This document shows, in pieces, positions 62,454 through 64,000 of a DNA stretch of 64,000 bases. Each line of letters begins with the position of its first letter. Within the stretch, counting starts at the first letter, position 1. Origin of the DNA: an uncultured delta proteobacterium (lineage in GTDB: Bacteria > Desulfobacterota > Binatia > UBA9968); NCBI GenBank assembly GCA_963745035.1, contig CAVUVW010000013.1, positions 32,001 through 96,000 of the forward strand, in the 5' to 3' direction. The position numbers and the translations under genes are program-made. Under the pieces are notes generated by a model, which had not been told where the DNA came from, searched no databases, and saw nothing but the letters and a program-made list of their open reading frames with translations.

Positions 62454-62590
62454 GAATTGCGGGTGTGCCAACGGAAGGGACTGCTTGGAGCAATTCTATA
62501 TGCGCGTCCGGTTTTCGTGCCATTCGCGCAGACAAAAATGTTAGAGCGGTGGTAAGTTTTACCGCCAAGGCGAGCAGAGGCGCAGCCGTG

Positions 62591-63244
62591 CTAATGGCCG
62601 CCGATGCCGGTAATTTTGATGCTACCGTGCTTCGACTTGTACTTTCGGTTGAGCGCAATAATAACGCCCGTAAGTCCTTCGATCACGTAGGCGTTGCTCG
62701 CCGGCCCGCCGTCGTAAGCGGTCGCGCCGATGCGCGTGATGATCTCCATGACTTTTTGCTTGGCTTCGGCGTTGTCGCCGCAGACCAGCACGTCTCCCAG
62801 CGGCGCGTCCACGTCGCCTAAGTCGACGGCGGAAATATTGTGCAGCGCGCCGACAACCGGCGCCTCGTCGGCCAAAATCTGCTGCGCTTCCTGGAGCGCT
62901 GAGCCGGCCGGCGGCACGAACGGTTTCACTTTGTTGAGCGGCACGACGGTGTCGATCACGATCTTCCCCGCCAATTGTCCTTTGAGATCCGATACCATCT
63001 GCGCGTGCCCCTCGTAGGGCACGGCGATGACGACGAAGTTGGCCTCTTTGACCGCTTCCTTGTTCGTTGTGCCGGCTATTTCGCCGGCTCGCAGTTTTGG
63101 TTTCAACGTTTCAACGGCGTTGCTAGCCTTCTCGGCATCGCGCGAGCCGATGATGATCTTCACTCCCGGCGCGCCCAGGCGCAGCGCCAACGCGCTGCCC
63201 AGATTGCCCGTTCCGCCGACGATTGCCACGCTAAACTGATCCAT
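62591..63244 (-). CDS. npdG: NADPH-dependent F420 reductase (F420H2:NADP+ oxidoreductase)
   Basis: IVGGTGNLG, IGSRDAEKA, VIAVP, DTVVPL, GSALQ and VLVCGD; adjacent to cofE. Confidence 0.92.
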   Translation of the reverse strand: MDQFSVAIVGGTGNLGSALALRLGAPGVKIIIGSRDAEKASNAVETLKPKLRAGEIAGTTNKEAVKEANFVVIAVPYEGHAQMVSDLKGQLAGKIVIDTVVPLNKVKPFVPPAGSALQEAQQILADEAPVVGALHNISAVDLGDVDAPLGDVLVCGDNAEAKQKVMEIITRIGATAYDGGPASNAYVIEGLTGVIIALNRKYKSKHGSIKITGIGGH

Positions 63245-63258
63245 GATGATTTCTCGAA

Positions 63259-64000
63259 CTAGCGAAAAAGATCCTCCGCCTCGGGGCGAAGAAGCTCCCG
63301 CGCCGATCCATCCTCCTTTGTTTCGATGTCGTATCCGCGCGCGACCACCACCGGCACGCCGTCGCGCTTGCCCATAACCAATTCCGCCGCCGCGGCAAAC
63401 TCATCGGCGATGGCCGCCACCGCGGCCTTGAGCCGGTAGCCGTAGCGGTCTTCCAACCCGCGCTCATCTTTGACGGGGCTCATGCCCGCCACGCCGATCG
63501 CGACGTCAACGGTGCCCAGCCGCCAGGCCCTGCCGAAGCTGTCGCTGATGATCACCGCCGGCTTTTTGCCGGTGTGCTGCGCGATCACGGCGCGAATTTC
63601 CCGCGCCGAGCGATCCGGGTCTTTGGGCAGCAGAGCCACCTGCCGCAAGCCGACATTGGATTGATCGACGCCCGCGTTGGCGCAGACAAAGCCGTGGTGC
63701 GTTTCCACGATCAGCGCCCGCCCGCCGGTGCGAATCACGTCCCGGCTCTCGGCCAGAATCACCTCGACCAGCTCGGGTTCTTTGTCGAGCTCGGCGGCCA
63801 ACTCCTTCGCCCGCGCCGAAGCCGTGACCTCGGCGAGATGCGCCATCCGCCCTTCCGCCTTGGAAACGATTTTTTGGGCGATTACCAAAACGTCATGCTC
63901 GGCGAGCTCGATTTTCTGGCGAGCGCAGGCCGCGCAAATGAGCTCGCCGATAGAATCGCCGGCGCGGACCTCGCCGATACCCTCGACGCCGATCAGCTCG
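63259..64000 (-). CDS. cofE: Coenzyme F420-0:L-glutamate ligase (5' end beyond the window)
   Basis: AQKIVSKAEGR, CANAGVDQSN, LLPKDPDRSA, ISDSFGRAWRLG and EDLFR. Confidence 0.96.
   Translation of the reverse strand, partial: ELIGVEGIGEVRAGDSIGELICAACARQKIELAEHDVLVIAQKIVSKAEGRMAHLAEVTASARAKELAAELDKEPELVEVILAESRDVIRTGGRALIVETHHGFVCANAGVDQSNVGLRQVALLPKDPDRSAREIRAVIAQHTGKKPAVIISDSFGRAWRLGTVDVAIGVAGMSPVKDERGLEDRYGYRLKAAVAAIADEFAAAAELVMGKRDGVPVVVARGYDIETKEDGSARELLRPEAEDLFR

Noticed and set aside
1-64000. CRISPR array, tRNA/rRNA, transposase/integrase, prophage or defence system
   Set aside because: No regularly spaced repeats, cloverleaf or rRNA signatures, or recombinase, nuclease or phage motifs were recognised.

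Overview
GC-rich bacterial DNA with about 60 genes, nearly all on the minus strand. The gene content (many NMT1/SsuA-type binding proteins, amidohydrolase_2 enzymes, bicupins, UbiD, F420 genes) resembles Candidatus Binatia (Binatota); this taxonomy is inference. About 57 kb is a catabolic super-cluster, probably for N-heteroaromatic or aromatic carboxylates. It holds three molybdenum-hydroxylase large subunits, a NicX-like ring-cleavage dioxygenase, three heme-oxygenase-like diiron (CADD/PqqC-type) proteins, two DUF3891 proteins with an H...HD motif, three bicupins, two UbiD enzymes, ComDE-like ThDP enzymes (one split, one fused in reversed domain order), an amidase with a GatC/AtzG-like partner, a DUF35/thiolase/MaoC/CoA-transferase module, and 12 solute-binding proteins with no permease or ATPase gene. 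Positions ~37-57 kb are visibly lower in GC. The right end carries an ECF sigma/anti-sigma/DUF3106 locus, an unlisted 37-aa His-rich lipoprotein with an ECF-type promoter, secreted proteins, and npdG/cofE. Many genes, mostly in the left 37 kb, are split by single-base indels. I read these as uncorrected long-read errors, so those gene boundaries were stitched by eye and are approximate. No rRNA, tRNA, CRISPR array, integrase or transposase was seen. The best candidate for an undescribed system is the IclR-headed operon at 0.56-14.5 kb, where paired diiron and DUF3891 proteins accompany a NicX/Mo-hydroxylase pathway. All family calls come from motif recognition, not database searches.
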